DNA of 64,000 nt, from assembly GCA_025361145.1 (NCBI GenBank), contig JANYAV010000015.1, forward strand, positions 38,699 to 102,698, written 5' to 3'. This DNA is from Dehalococcoidia bacterium (lineage in GTDB: Bacteria > Chloroflexota > Dehalococcoidia > Dehalococcoidales > UBA3254). Position numbers and translations under genes: made by a program. Below the pieces are notes generated by a model. The model was not told the DNA's origin. It saw only the letters and a program-made list of their open reading frames with translations, and searched no databases. This document shows, in pieces, positions 10,154-19,543 of this stretch (positions are counted from its first letter, which is position 1; each line of letters begins with the position of its first letter).

Positions 10154-10573
10154 ATGGAAAGAACCTTGGTATTAGTAAAACCGGACGCTATGGAACGCAA
10201 TTTGGGTGGTGCTATCTTAGACCGACTGGAAAGAGCCGGACTAAAAATCGTGGCATTACGTACGCTCAAGGTGGACGAAGCTTTAGCCAGAAATCATTAC
10301 GCCGTACATGTCGAAAAGCCCTTTTTTAAAGACCTGCTGGCTTATATTACCTCGTATCCCATCATTGCCGCGGTCTTTGAAGGCCCTAACGCGGTAGAGG
10401 TTGCCCGCAAAACCATGGGCGCCACCAATCCTGAAAAAGCCGATAAAGGCACTATTCGTAAGGATTTCGGATTGGATTTGCAGAGGAATGCAGTTCATGG
10501 TTCGGATTCACCGGCCAATGCGGAAATAGAAATCAACCTTTATTTTACCAAGAAGGATTTTATCAGCAGATAG
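10154..10573 (+). CDS. ndk: Nucleoside diphosphate kinase
   Basis: MERTLVLVKPDA...NAVHGSDS active-site His motif. Confidence 0.95.
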   Translation: MERTLVLVKPDAMERNLGGAILDRLERAGLKIVALRTLKVDEALARNHYAVHVEKPFFKDLLAYITSYPIIAAVFEGPNAVEVARKTMGATNPEKADKGTIRKDFGLDLQRNAVHGSDSPANAEIEINLYFTKKDFISR

Positions 10574-10585
10574 TTTTTATTAAAC

Positions 10586-10620
10586 CAAAAAGGTGAGACC
10601 TTCAAAGGTCCACCTTTTTG
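10586..10620. terminator. Bidirectional hairpin terminator (REP-like nested palindrome) between ndk and rsfS
   Basis: cAAAAAGGTGaGACCTTcaAAGGTCCACCTTTTTg. The outer arms resemble the hairpins flanking the RAYT gene at 59.2/59.9 kb. Confidence 0.6.
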
Positions 10621-10648
10621 AGTGTCACTTTTTTAATTCAACAATAGT

Positions 10649-11008
10649 TTAGGGGACTCTGACTTTGGTGGGAGCTGCTTCCCAGAGTTTTTCCAGTTGA
10701 TAGTAGTCGCGCTCAACGGGGCTGAAGATGTGGACGATCACATCTCCGTAGTCCATCAGAATCCAACCGGAATTGGGTTCGCCTTCAATATGGCTCGGTG
10801 TGACTTTCAGTTTTCTTAATTCGCCATTGATGACATCAGTGATAGCGCCCAGTTGGCGGTTGCTTTCACCGCTGCAAATCACGAAGTAATCCGCAAAGCT
10901 GCAGACCTCCCGTGTCTCCAGTAAAACGATATCCGAAGCTAGCTTATCGCCGGCAAGATCCACTATTTTTCGTGCTAATTCGAGTGCTTCCAGTTGATTT
11001 CTCCCCAT
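10649..11008 (-). CDS. rsfS: Ribosome silencing factor RsfS
   Basis: ADYFVICSG...WILMDYGDVIVHIF. Confidence 0.9.
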   Translation of the reverse strand: MGRNQLEALELARKIVDLAGDKLASDIVLLETREVCSFADYFVICSGESNRQLGAITDVINGELRKLKVTPSHIEGEPNSGWILMDYGDVIVHIFSPVERDYYQLEKLWEAAPTKVRVP

Positions 11009-11131
11009 ACTATATTTGATTTCATTATAGCATAACCAGTCTCTGACTTTCTGCCGTGTTTGTTTGCACTCTAAATTTAGAATTGTATCCTGGTTGTTAA
11101 TCCTGTAGTATGATTTTTAAGGAGGGTCGGC

Positions 11132-11965
11132 ATGGCTGGACTGCTCTTCGGAACTGGAGGAATTCCTCTATCTACCGCCAAACCAAAAAATCTGCTTAAC
11201 GGGATTAGACGCATCGCGGAGTTGGGTTTGGGTTGTACCGAGATGGAATTTGTCTATGGGGTGCGCATGACCGAAGCGGATGCCGCTCAAGTGGCGACTT
11301 CAGCTCAAAAATACCACGTTAAACTGACCGCCCATGCTCCCTATTATATCAATCTGAACGCTCACGAAAATGATAAACTGGTAGCCAGCCAGGAACGCCT
11401 GCTGCAGACCGCTCATATCGCTTCTCTTTGCGGGGCTTCGAGCGTAGCTTTTCATGCTGCTTTTTATCTATTAGATCCACCCGAGGAAGTCTACCCAAGA
11501 ATGAAAAAAATTCTTACCGGGTTATTGACTGAGATCAAACGCCGGCATTATTTTATCACGTTACGTCCAGAATTAATGGGCAAACCCTCGCAATTTGGCA
11601 GTCTGGAAGAGCTGCTAAACCTTTGCAGCGAGGTGGAAGGGCTGGCTCCCTGCATCGATTTTGCTCACCTGCATGCCCGTGCCGGTAAGGTCAATTCCTA
11701 TTATGAATTTGTCTCTGTTCTAAAGCAGATCGAAAAAAAACTGGGGCGGTTAGCCCTGGACAACATGCATATCCATCTCTCTGGCATCAAATATAATCCT
11801 AAGGCCGGAGAACTTTCTCATCTCAATGTCCGGGAATCGGACCTGAAGTACACCGATCTCCTGATGGCCTTAAAAGAGCAGGGAGCGCAGGGGATGGTGA
11901 TTTGCGAAAGCCCTAATCTGGAGGAAGACGCCCTTCACCTGCAGGAGACCTTTAACAAGGTCTAA
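11132..11965 (+). CDS. Xylose-isomerase-like TIM barrel protein, endonuclease IV-like
   Basis: LTAHAPYYINLNA and FHAAFY motifs resembling Nfo. Confidence 0.7.
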   Translation: MAGLLFGTGGIPLSTAKPKNLLNGIRRIAELGLGCTEMEFVYGVRMTEADAAQVATSAQKYHVKLTAHAPYYINLNAHENDKLVASQERLLQTAHIASLCGASSVAFHAAFYLLDPPEEVYPRMKKILTGLLTEIKRRHYFITLRPELMGKPSQFGSLEELLNLCSEVEGLAPCIDFAHLHARAGKVNSYYEFVSVLKQIEKKLGRLALDNMHIHLSGIKYNPKAGELSHLNVRESDLKYTDLLMALKEQGAQGMVICESPNLEEDALHLQETFNKV

Positions 11966-12161
11966 AACAAGGAAATCTGACTAATTAATTGATTATGAAA
12001 GATGACAGGGTGTTGATTTAGTCTTAGGAAGCGGAGAGGGAATTTATAATCATGCATCATAAATCATATTTCAGCAACAATGATTTAAGAAACTTGGGAC
12101 AGGATTTAGCCTCGGATTTCCTCCGTAACCTCCCTTTGGTTTTTATCCCACTGTGGTATTC

Positions 12162-12170
12162 TGATATAAT
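12162..12170 (+). promoter_or_regulatory. Extended -10 element (TGaTATAAT) upstream of ftsH
   Basis: ctgatataat at 12161-12170. Confidence 0.4.
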
Positions 12171-12236
12171 GTAGAGGTAGAAACTATCTCCTGATATAGG
12201 AATGTCTGTTATTAGACATAAGGTGTAATAGAACAA

Positions 12237-14159
12237 ATGCGTAATATGTTAATATTCGTCGCTATTATTATCGCCACAATTGTGTTGATATATAGCTTTC
12301 AAGGGAATGCGACCTCCCAGCCGGTGGGGATCTCTTTGAGTGAGGTCATTACTCTTTCCCAGCAGGACCAGATCAGCAAAATCGAAGTCAATCAGGACAA
12401 GCTCACTATTACCAAGGTCGACGGCACCAAGGTGATTACCTATAAAGAGCCCAACTCCAACATTTCCGATCTGAAAGCTGTCGGTTTGAAACTGGATAAT
12501 GTCAATGTGGAGGTCACGACCAATTCGGGTATAGATTGGGGGACCATACTTTCCACCTTTTTACCCCTGGTGATACTGGGCGGTCTGATATTCTTCATTT
12601 TCCGTTCAGCTCGTGGAGCTAATAATCAGGCCATGAAGTTTGGACGCAGCCGCGCGCGCCTTTTCCCGGCCAACAAATCTACGGTGACCTTTGATGATGT
12701 AGCTGGGGTAGAAGAAGCCAAGCAAGAATTACATGAAGTTGTGGAATTTCTTAAAAATAGAGAAAAGTTTCAAAGCCTGGGAGCCAAAATACCTAAAGGT
12801 GTTCTACTCATTGGTTCCCCCGGTACGGGCAAGACCCTGATGGCCAGGGCCGTCGCCGGAGAAGCCGGTGTACCCTTCTTTTCCATCAGCGGCTCTGAAT
12901 TTGTGGAAATGTTTGTGGGTGTGGGCGCTTCCCGTGTGCGCGATTTATTCGATCAGGCCAAGCGCAATGCTCCCTGTATTATCTTTATTGATGAAATTGA
13001 CGCGGTTGGCCGTCAACGCGGTTCCGGGTTGGGCGGCAGTCATGATGAGCGTGAGCAGACCCTTAACCAGATTTTGGTTGAGATGGATGGCTTCGATACC
13101 AATACCAGTGTTATAGTCCTGGCAGCCACTAACCGTCCTGACATCCTCGATCCTGCTCTGCTTCGTCCCGGCCGTTTCGACCGTCGGGTTACCCTGGATG
13201 CACCGGATATCCAGGGACGTTTGGGCATTTTAAAAGTCCATTCCAAGGGCAAGCCCTTCGCCAATATCAATGACCTGGAAGTTATTGCCAGGGCCACACC
13301 CGGTTTTAGCGGCGCTGATCTGGCTAACTTAATCAATGAAGCCGCCATTCTGGCCGCACGCAGAGGTAAAAAAGTCATCGAAATGTCTGAACTAGGTGAA
13401 TCGATAGACCGTGTTATGGCCGGACCTGAGCGCAAAAGCCGCCGTATCAGCCCCAAAGAAAAGGAAATGACTGCCTATCATGAGGGCGGGCACGGTTTGG
13501 TGGCTAAGTTGTCCCCTGATGCTGATCCGGTCCATAAGATTTCGATTATTTCCCGTGGCAGAATGGGCGGGTATACTCGAATGCTACCTACTGAAGATAA
13601 AGGCATGGCGTCTCGGGCAGAACTCAAGGCGTCACTGGCTGTCCTGATGGCTGGTCGTGTAGCTGAAGAGCTGATTTTTAATGAAATGACCACGGGCGCT
13701 TCTCAGGATATGAAACAAGCGACCGATTTGGCCCGTAAGATGGTCACCGTGTGGGGTATGAGTGAAAAGATGGGCCCTCGCACCTTCGGTCAAAAGGAAG
13801 AGATGATTTTCCTGGGCCGCGAAATCTCTGAGCAGCGGGACTACAGTGAAAAAACCGCTCTGCAAATTGATAGCGAAGTCTCCAAATTAATCGATGAGGC
13901 CCATGCTACCGCCCTCAGGTTGTTAACCGAAAATAAAGATAGATTGACCTTGTTGGCTCAGACCTTGATAGCACAAGAAACTTTGGAAGGAGATGCTCTG
14001 GAAGCGGTCTTTAGCGGTAAAGCTCCGCCGCCTCCACCACCCCCAGCCACCAATATCCCTGCGCCGATTGAAACACCGGTAACTGCCCCAGCGCCTGTTT
14101 TAGCTCCCGGGAGTAAACCGGTCACCAAACCGGCAACGAATCCAATGCCGTCAAATTAA
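12237..14159 (+). CDS. ftsH: ATP-dependent zinc metalloprotease FtsH
   Basis: Walker [12 protein letters not shown] region, zinc motif HEGGH. Pro-rich C-terminal tail. Confidence 0.97.
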   Translation: MRNMLIFVAIIIATIVLIYSFQGNATSQPVGISLSEVITLSQQDQISKIEVNQDKLTITKVDGTKVITYKEPNSNISDLKAVGLKLDNVNVEVTTNSGIDWGTILSTFLPLVILGGLIFFIFRSARGANNQAMKFGRSRARLFPANKSTVTFDDVAGVEEAKQELHEVVEFLKNREKFQSLGAKIPKGVLLIGSPGTGKTLMARAVAGEAGVPFFSISGSEFVEMFVGVGASRVRDLFDQAKRNAPCIIFIDEIDAVGRQRGSGLGGSHDEREQTLNQILVEMDGFDTNTSVIVLAATNRPDILDPALLRPGRFDRRVTLDAPDIQGRLGILKVHSKGKPFANINDLEVIARATPGFSGADLANLINEAAILAARRGKKVIEMSELGESIDRVMAGPERKSRRISPKEKEMTAYHEGGHGLVAKLSPDADPVHKISIISRGRMGGYTRMLPTEDKGMASRAELKASLAVLMAGRVAEELIFNEMTTGASQDMKQATDLARKMVTVWGMSEKMGPRTFGQKEEMIFLGREISEQRDYSEKTALQIDSEVSKLIDEAHATALRLLTENKDRLTLLAQTLIAQETLEGDALEAVFSGKAPPPPPPPATNIPAPIETPVTAPAPVLAPGSKPVTKPATNPMPSN

Positions 14160-14170
14160 GCCAATTACTG

Positions 14171-14201
14171 AAGCCGGTCTGAAATATGACCGGCTTTTTT
14201 T
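14171..14201 (+). terminator. Intrinsic terminator after ftsH
   Basis: AAGCCGGTCtgaaatatGACCGGCTTttttt. Confidence 0.75.
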
Positions 14202-14266
14202 ATTATAATTGTCAGGTAACTGCCATTTTCTTATTTGTAATTTTTAATTTATGCTTTGAGGTAATT

Positions 14267-14674
14267 ATGTTTGTAAAAATCGTCAACACCCCCATTCAGC
14301 CAGACCAGGTGATCAGCCAGGCCAAAAGCCAGGACAGTGGTTGTGTGGTTACTTATGTTGGCCTTATCAGGGACATCTCACACGATAAGCCCGTAAAGTC
14401 TGTGGAATACCTTGATACTGATGGTCAGGCTGAAAGCCGCCTCAAAAAACTTGCGGAAGAAATCCAACAGAAATTCCCAGTCAATAATCTGGCCATGTGC
14501 CACCGGGTAGGTGAATTGAAAGTGGGCGACATCAATATCGTTTTTGCCTTTGCCTGCGGGCACCGCCAAGAAGGCTTCGCCGCCTGTTCTTATGCGGTGG
14601 ACAAGTTTAAGGAAGCTATGCCAACTGCTAAAAAAGAGGCTTATCTCGATGGCAATGTTAATACCCAGTGGTAA
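14267..14674 (+). CDS. moaE: Molybdopterin synthase catalytic subunit MoaE-like
   Basis: GCVVTYVGLIRD...CHRVGELKVGDINIVFAFACGHRQEGF. Start moved to ATG 14267 because the upstream ORF part covers the ftsH terminator. Confidence 0.7.
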   Translation: MFVKIVNTPIQPDQVISQAKSQDSGCVVTYVGLIRDISHDKPVKSVEYLDTDGQAESRLKKLAEEIQQKFPVNNLAMCHRVGELKVGDINIVFAFACGHRQEGFAACSYAVDKFKEAMPTAKKEAYLDGNVNTQW

Positions 14675-14819
14675 CTACAATTGACTGATCAATTTTAACT
14701 GGATGCTTCTGAAAGCCGGCTTAAACATCGGCTTCCCTAAAACCACCCATTACGAATGATAGTGTTATTTTTTATTTCTTGTTTGTAATTGCGGTGTGAT
14801 TTCTAATTTGCGATTTTGC

Positions 14820-14828
14820 TGATATAAT
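14820..14828 (+). promoter_or_regulatory. Extended -10 element (TGaTATAAT), 8 nt before the hpt ATG (leaderless candidate)
   Basis: tgatataat at 14820-14828; ATG at 14837. Confidence 0.45.
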
Positions 14829-14836
14829 TGCAGTCA

Positions 14837-15370
14837 ATGAATAACTCTCCATCTGAACTCAAAATGCTGATCGATCGCAAGCAAATCGCTGCCACTGTCA
14901 AGAAGCTGGCGGAGGAAATCCGGCGCGACTATGATGGTCTGAATCCTCTGGCAGTAGGAATCTTAAAAGGTTCTTTTGTCTTTCTGGCCGATCTGGTTCG
15001 CGCTATAGAAATCCCCATGCAGGTAGACTTCGTAAAATTAAGCAGCTACGGCAGCGGCACACGCAGCGCTGGGCGGATAACCGTTTTACTGGACCTGAAT
15101 TGCTCGCTGGAAGGTCGCCATGTTCTGGTGGTAGAAGATATTGTGGATACTGGTCTGACCACCTCTTTTCTGTGCAATTACTTGAAGCAGAAAAGTCCAG
15201 CCTCAGTCAGGCTATGCTCATTAACCAGTAAGCCCTCCCGCCGCGTCGTGGATATTAAAATTGATTACCTGGGTTTAGAAGTTCCTGACAAATTTCTGGT
15301 AGGTTATGGCCTGGATTGCGCTGAAAAATACCGCAATTTGCCGGATATCTGCGAGTTTCAGGAGGAATAA
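14837..15370 (+). CDS. hpt: Hypoxanthine phosphoribosyltransferase
   Basis: VLVVEDIVDTGLT PRPP-binding motif. ATG 14837 preferred over the track TTG 14828. Confidence 0.9.
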   Translation: MNNSPSELKMLIDRKQIAATVKKLAEEIRRDYDGLNPLAVGILKGSFVFLADLVRAIEIPMQVDFVKLSSYGSGTRSAGRITVLLDLNCSLEGRHVLVVEDIVDTGLTTSFLCNYLKQKSPASVRLCSLTSKPSRRVVDIKIDYLGLEVPDKFLVGYGLDCAEKYRNLPDICEFQEE

Positions 15371-15371
15371 C

Positions 15372-17075
15372 TTGGCTTCTGATTTAGGGGACATCTTACC
15401 GGCAGCCCGGGGTGACACGCCTGCCGATTTGATATTTAAAAACGCTCGCATCGTGAATGTTTTCAGCGGCTGTATCGAAGAAGCCAATGTGGCTATCTGC
15501 GGTGAACGCATCATAGGCATAGGCGATTATGCGAAGGCCGCAACTGTGATAGATTTGCAGGGCCGTTATATTGCTCCCGGCTTAATTGACGCGCACACCC
15601 ATCTTGAAAGCTCTATGTTGGATGTGGGTGAATATGCCCGCGCCGTGGTGCCGCACGGGACAACCACCGTGGTGACCGATCTGCATGAAATTGCTAACGT
15701 CAGCGGTTTGGCCGGCATCAGGTATGTTATGCACCAAGCTCATCTTCTGCCTTTCGACCTTTTTTTAATGGCGCCTTCCTGCGTACCCGCCACTCATCTA
15801 GAAAGCGCGGGGGCTGTTATCGGTGTTGAGGAAATCCAGCAGCTTCTTCACTGGCCTAATTGTTTGGGACTGGGCGAGGTGATGAACTACCCGGGCGTGA
15901 TCTTTGGCGATCCTACCATGCTGGCTAAAATTGCGCTGGCGGAAGGCAAGATTATTGACGGCCATGCTCCCGGTTTAAGCGGCGCTAAATTGAATGCCTA
16001 TCTTTTAGCTGGTATTATGTCCGATCATGAATCGGTAAGCTATGCTGAGGGTCGGGAAAAACTCGATCGCGGCATGATGTTAATGATTCGCGAAGGCTCT
16101 TCGGAAAAGAACCTGGAAGCTCTGCTGCCGCTGGTGACAGACCAGACTTATAAAAGATGTTGTTTTGTGGTAGATGACCGCAGCAGCACCGATTTGTTGA
16201 AAGACGGTGACATCGACGCCGTGGTGCGGAAAGCCATCCGCCTGGGTTTAGATCCTGTCCGTGCTATCCAACTGGCGACTATCAACCCTGCGGGTTATTT
16301 TCGGCTAGCCGACTCAGGAGCCATTGCTCCCGGTTACCTGGCTAACCTGATTGTTTTGGATGACCTGACCGGTTTAAAAATACAGAGTGTTTATTACCGC
16401 GGCAAAGCCGTCGCCCGTGACGGTAAAGCCCTCTTTAGTGTGCCGGAATGTAAGGACGCGAGCCTGATGCATTCTGTAAAGATCAAGCCCTATGAGGTAG
16501 CAGCTTTGAAGCTGCCGGCTAAAGGTGAGCCCTGCCCAATCATTGAAGTAGTGCCGGGCCAAATCATTACCCGTTCTCGCCGGGAGAAAATGCCGGTCAA
16601 GAACGGATTTATAGAGTCCGACCCGGGACGCGATATTTTAAAACTGGCGGTTATAGAACGGCATAATGCCACCGGACGAATCGGGCTAGGACTGGTCAGC
16701 GGCTTCGGTCTCAAACGGGGTGCTTTGGCCTCTTCTATCGCTCATGATTCCCATAATATCGTAGTGGTTGGCGCTACGGATGCCGATATGTACTCCGCCG
16801 TGAAAGCTATCGAGGCGATGCAGGGTGGCCTGGTAGCGGTATCGGAAGGCAAAGTCCAGGCTTTTTTAGCGGCACCTATTGCCGGATTATTAGCTCAAGA
16901 ACCTTTGGAAAAAGTGGCTGCCCGCATGGAAGAATTGGAGAACTGCGCTCGCAGTCTTGGTTCTAACCTGCAGACTCCCTTTGCGGCCCTATCTTTTCTT
17001 GCCCTGCCGGTTATTCCTGAATTGCGTCTAACCGACCTGGGCTTGGTAGACGTGAACGGGTTTAAACTTATGTAG
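15372..17075 (+). CDS. ade: Adenine deaminase
   Basis: IDAHTHLESS metal motif and amidohydrolase fold length. In-frame TTG 15372 follows AGGAGG by 8 nt and avoids the 65-nt overlap with hpt implied by the track start 15306. Confidence 0.9.
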   Translation: MASDLGDILPAARGDTPADLIFKNARIVNVFSGCIEEANVAICGERIIGIGDYAKAATVIDLQGRYIAPGLIDAHTHLESSMLDVGEYARAVVPHGTTTVVTDLHEIANVSGLAGIRYVMHQAHLLPFDLFLMAPSCVPATHLESAGAVIGVEEIQQLLHWPNCLGLGEVMNYPGVIFGDPTMLAKIALAEGKIIDGHAPGLSGAKLNAYLLAGIMSDHESVSYAEGREKLDRGMMLMIREGSSEKNLEALLPLVTDQTYKRCCFVVDDRSSTDLLKDGDIDAVVRKAIRLGLDPVRAIQLATINPAGYFRLADSGAIAPGYLANLIVLDDLTGLKIQSVYYRGKAVARDGKALFSVPECKDASLMHSVKIKPYEVAALKLPAKGEPCPIIEVVPGQIITRSRREKMPVKNGFIESDPGRDILKLAVIERHNATGRIGLGLVSGFGLKRGALASSIAHDSHNIVVVGATDADMYSAVKAIEAMQGGLVAVSEGKVQAFLAAPIAGLLAQEPLEKVAARMEELENCARSLGSNLQTPFAALSFLALPVIPELRLTDLGLVDVNGFKLM

Positions 17076-17102
17076 AGACAATCACCCGTGATTGCCCTGG
17101 GC

Positions 17103-17170
17103 AGACATAGGGGTCTGCCCCCCTATGTCTCGAAACTCGAAACTGGCAAGTTGAAACTACCTCCTCACCT
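17103..17170 (+). repeat. 3'-intergenic element copy A: 11-bp-stem hairpin plus CT-phased heptads
   Basis: AGACATAGGGGtctgccCCCCTATGTCT, then ctcgaaa ctcgaaa ctggcaa gttgaaa ctacctc ctcacct. Confidence 0.55.
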
Positions 17171-17319
17171 TATGACTTTGTATCTTGCCTCATTTCGTAT
17201 TAAAATAGTAGAGTAATTTTTATCCTTTCAGCAGGAGCGTTTCCACGGAACAACTGACCGATTCCAAGATTCTTTTCGAAAATAGGGCCGATGCAGGACG
17301 TAAGCTGGCAGCGGAACTT

Positions 17320-17922
17320 TTGGGTTATTCTTCCCAGCCCTGTGTTATTCTGGCTATTCCCAATGGCGGAGTACCGTTAGCGATTGAGGTGGCTCAAGCC
17401 CTTAAAGCGGAATTAGATATCATAATTTGCCGCAAACTAGCCTTGCCCATGAATCCGGAAGGTGGATTGGGTGCGGTGGCCGACGACGGTACTACGGTTA
17501 TTAATCAAGACGTGGCTGTCCGCGATGGTATCTCTGGTGAGCAAATAGAGTTTGAAGTCGCTCAAATTAAAGCCAACATCAAACTGAGAACGAAGAAATA
17601 CCGGGGAGAGAGTCTGTCTTCCCGTTTGACCGGCAAGACCGCCATTATTGTGGATGATGGCCTGGCTTCTGGCATTACCATGAGCGTGGCCGTGGAATCG
17701 GTCAAGCACCGATGCCCCCGGCAAATTATCGCAGCTGTTCCTCTATCATCGGCCACTGGTTTCAAACGCGCCTCATCCGCCGCAAACCGAGTGGTGACCT
17801 GCGCGGTTTCTAGCCAATCTAAATTCTACCTGGCTGATTTTTACCGGAACTGGCGTGATGTCAGCGATGAAGAGGTGATGCGTGCTCTGGAGCAATGGAG
17901 GAAGCGCAATACTTTTATCTAA
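17320..17922 (+). CDS. Phosphoribosyltransferase-family protein (true N-terminus probably upstream, non-canonical start)
   Basis: AIIVDDGLASGITM PRPP motif. The frame is open from 17218 and encodes ...KILFENRADAGRKLAAEL upstream of the track TTG. Confidence 0.75.
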   Translation: MGYSSQPCVILAIPNGGVPLAIEVAQALKAELDIIICRKLALPMNPEGGLGAVADDGTTVINQDVAVRDGISGEQIEFEVAQIKANIKLRTKKYRGESLSSRLTGKTAIIVDDGLASGITMSVAVESVKHRCPRQIIAAVPLSSATGFKRASSAANRVVTCAVSSQSKFYLADFYRNWRDVSDEEVMRALEQWRKRNTFI

Positions 17923-17970
17923 TATTTAAAAGAGTGCTAAACTATTAGTTGTTAGACCAAAAGGACTAGA

Positions 17971-18429
17971 ATGTTATCTGATTTTATTCATAATCAAAGT
18001 TTAATCCTCGCCGGTATTACCTGGCTAATTGCCCAAGCGATAAAAACCGGTGTGATTCTGTTTCAGCAAAAACGCCTGGATTGGAACTACATGATATCCA
18101 GCGGGGGCATGCCCAGCGCTCACTCAGCTACCGTTTGTTCTCTGGCAACCTCTATTGCCATGATAGAGGGCATGGGGTCAGTCTATTTTAGTATTGCAGT
18201 GGTGTTAGCCATCATCGTGATGTACGACGCCGCTGGTGTCCGGCAATCGGTCGGCAAGCATTCTGCATTCCTTAATCACTTGATCAGGGAATTAAGTTTT
18301 AAATCTTCTCGTATGGAAAGAGAAGAGGACTTTCGGGAATTTATTGGTCACACTCCCTTCCAGGTACTGATTGGCGCTCTACTGGGTATCTTAATCACCT
18401 GGCTCTGGATTTTCCTTAGATCTCTATAG
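17971..18429 (+). CDS. Divergent PAP2 family membrane protein (DUF212)
   Basis: SGGMPSAHSATV motif, 4 TM. Confidence 0.85.
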   Translation: MLSDFIHNQSLILAGITWLIAQAIKTGVILFQQKRLDWNYMISSGGMPSAHSATVCSLATSIAMIEGMGSVYFSIAVVLAIIVMYDAAGVRQSVGKHSAFLNHLIRELSFKSSRMEREEDFREFIGHTPFQVLIGALLGILITWLWIFLRSL

Positions 18430-18430
18430 T

Positions 18431-19543
18431 ATGAATAAGCAACCGGTTTACCTGCTTGACCTGAATTCTGAAGAGCTTAAAGCGTGGGTTTTATCACTGG
18501 GTGAGAAAGCCTACCGTGCCGCTCAATTAGAGCAATGGATTTACAAGAAATCGGCTGGTTCATTTGAAGAAATGAGCGACCTGCCTCAAAGCTTCCGCAA
18601 TAAATTACAGCAGGCCGCGCTCCTTTTTACTATGACCCCGCTTGAAGACAAAAAGTCCGCCGACGGACAGACCCGCAAAATCCTTTTTAAGCTGGAAGAC
18701 GGACAGACTCTCGAGTCCACCCTCATGTTTTATGAAAACACCAACTCTCACCGGGAAAGACGCACGGTTTGTATATCTACCCAGGTAGGCTGCCCTGTAG
18801 GCTGTTATTTTTGCGCTACAGGTCAACAGGGCTTCGTGCGTAATCTGAGGCAGGGAGAAATCCTGGAACAGGTACTTTACTTTGTGCGGTTGATCAAGAA
18901 TACGGTGACCACCGAAGACCGCGAACTAGCCCGCAAAGCTATAACTAACGTAGTTCTGATGGGCATGGGGGAGCCGCTAGCCAATTATGAAAACGTGCGG
19001 AGGGCAGTGGAAACCCTAAACTCCAAACATGGACTGGAATTGGGGGCGCGCCAGATCACCCTGTCTACCTCCGGGCTGGTTCCGCAGCTCAGGCAACTGG
19101 CCGAGGAAAACCTGCATCTGGAACTAGCGATTTCCTTACACGCAGCCACCGATGAATTGAGAAACCGTTTGATGCCCATCAACCGGAAATATCCGCTGGC
19201 GGAGTTAATTCCAGCCTGTGTGAATTATTTAGAAAAGACTGGACGGCGTCCGACTTTTGAATACGCGTTATTTGAGGGAGTCAATGACTCCCCTCAAAAC
19301 GCCCGGGAAGTAGCTGAACTGCTGAAGGGCATCAATTGCGCGGTCAATATTATTATCGGCAATCCAACCGCCAGTCTGGAGTTCAAATCCTCTTCTTTAG
19401 CCCAAGCTCAGATTTTTCAGAAACACCTTTTTGCCGGCAGCATTTTCAATACTATCCGCATATCTAAGGGTACGGACATAGAAGCGGGCTGCGGGCAGCT
19501 TAAAAGCCGCTGGCTGAAGGAAAAAGATGAGCCGGCTAAATAA
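18431..19543 (+). CDS. rlmN: 23S rRNA/tRNA A2503 C2-methyltransferase RlmN
   Basis: Radical SAM GCPVGCYFCATG...MGMGEPLAN. Confidence 0.92.
   Translation: MNKQPVYLLDLNSEELKAWVLSLGEKAYRAAQLEQWIYKKSAGSFEEMSDLPQSFRNKLQQAALLFTMTPLEDKKSADGQTRKILFKLEDGQTLESTLMFYENTNSHRERRTVCISTQVGCPVGCYFCATGQQGFVRNLRQGEILEQVLYFVRLIKNTVTTEDRELARKAITNVVLMGMGEPLANYENVRRAVETLNSKHGLELGARQITLSTSGLVPQLRQLAEENLHLELAISLHAATDELRNRLMPINRKYPLAELIPACVNYLEKTGRRPTFEYALFEGVNDSPQNAREVAELLKGINCAVNIIIGNPTASLEFKSSSLAQAQIFQKHLFAGSIFNTIRISKGTDIEAGCGQLKSRWLKEKDEPAK

Noticed and set aside
12052-12174. 40-aa ORF (MHHKSYFSNNDLRNLGQDLASDFLRNLPLVFIPLWYSDIM) in the 271-nt spacer upstream of ftsH
   Set aside because: It overlaps the likely ftsH promoter, has a weak RBS, and I recognise no family for it. 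There is no evidence beyond an open frame.
14186-14266. Upstream extension of the MoaE-like ORF
   Set aside because: It begins inside the ftsH terminator hairpin and encodes low-complexity hydrophobic sequence. ATG 14267 is preferred.
15306-15371. ATG 15306 as the adenine deaminase start
   Set aside because: It would overlap hpt by 65 nt. An in-frame TTG at 15372 has an AGGAGG 8 nt upstream.
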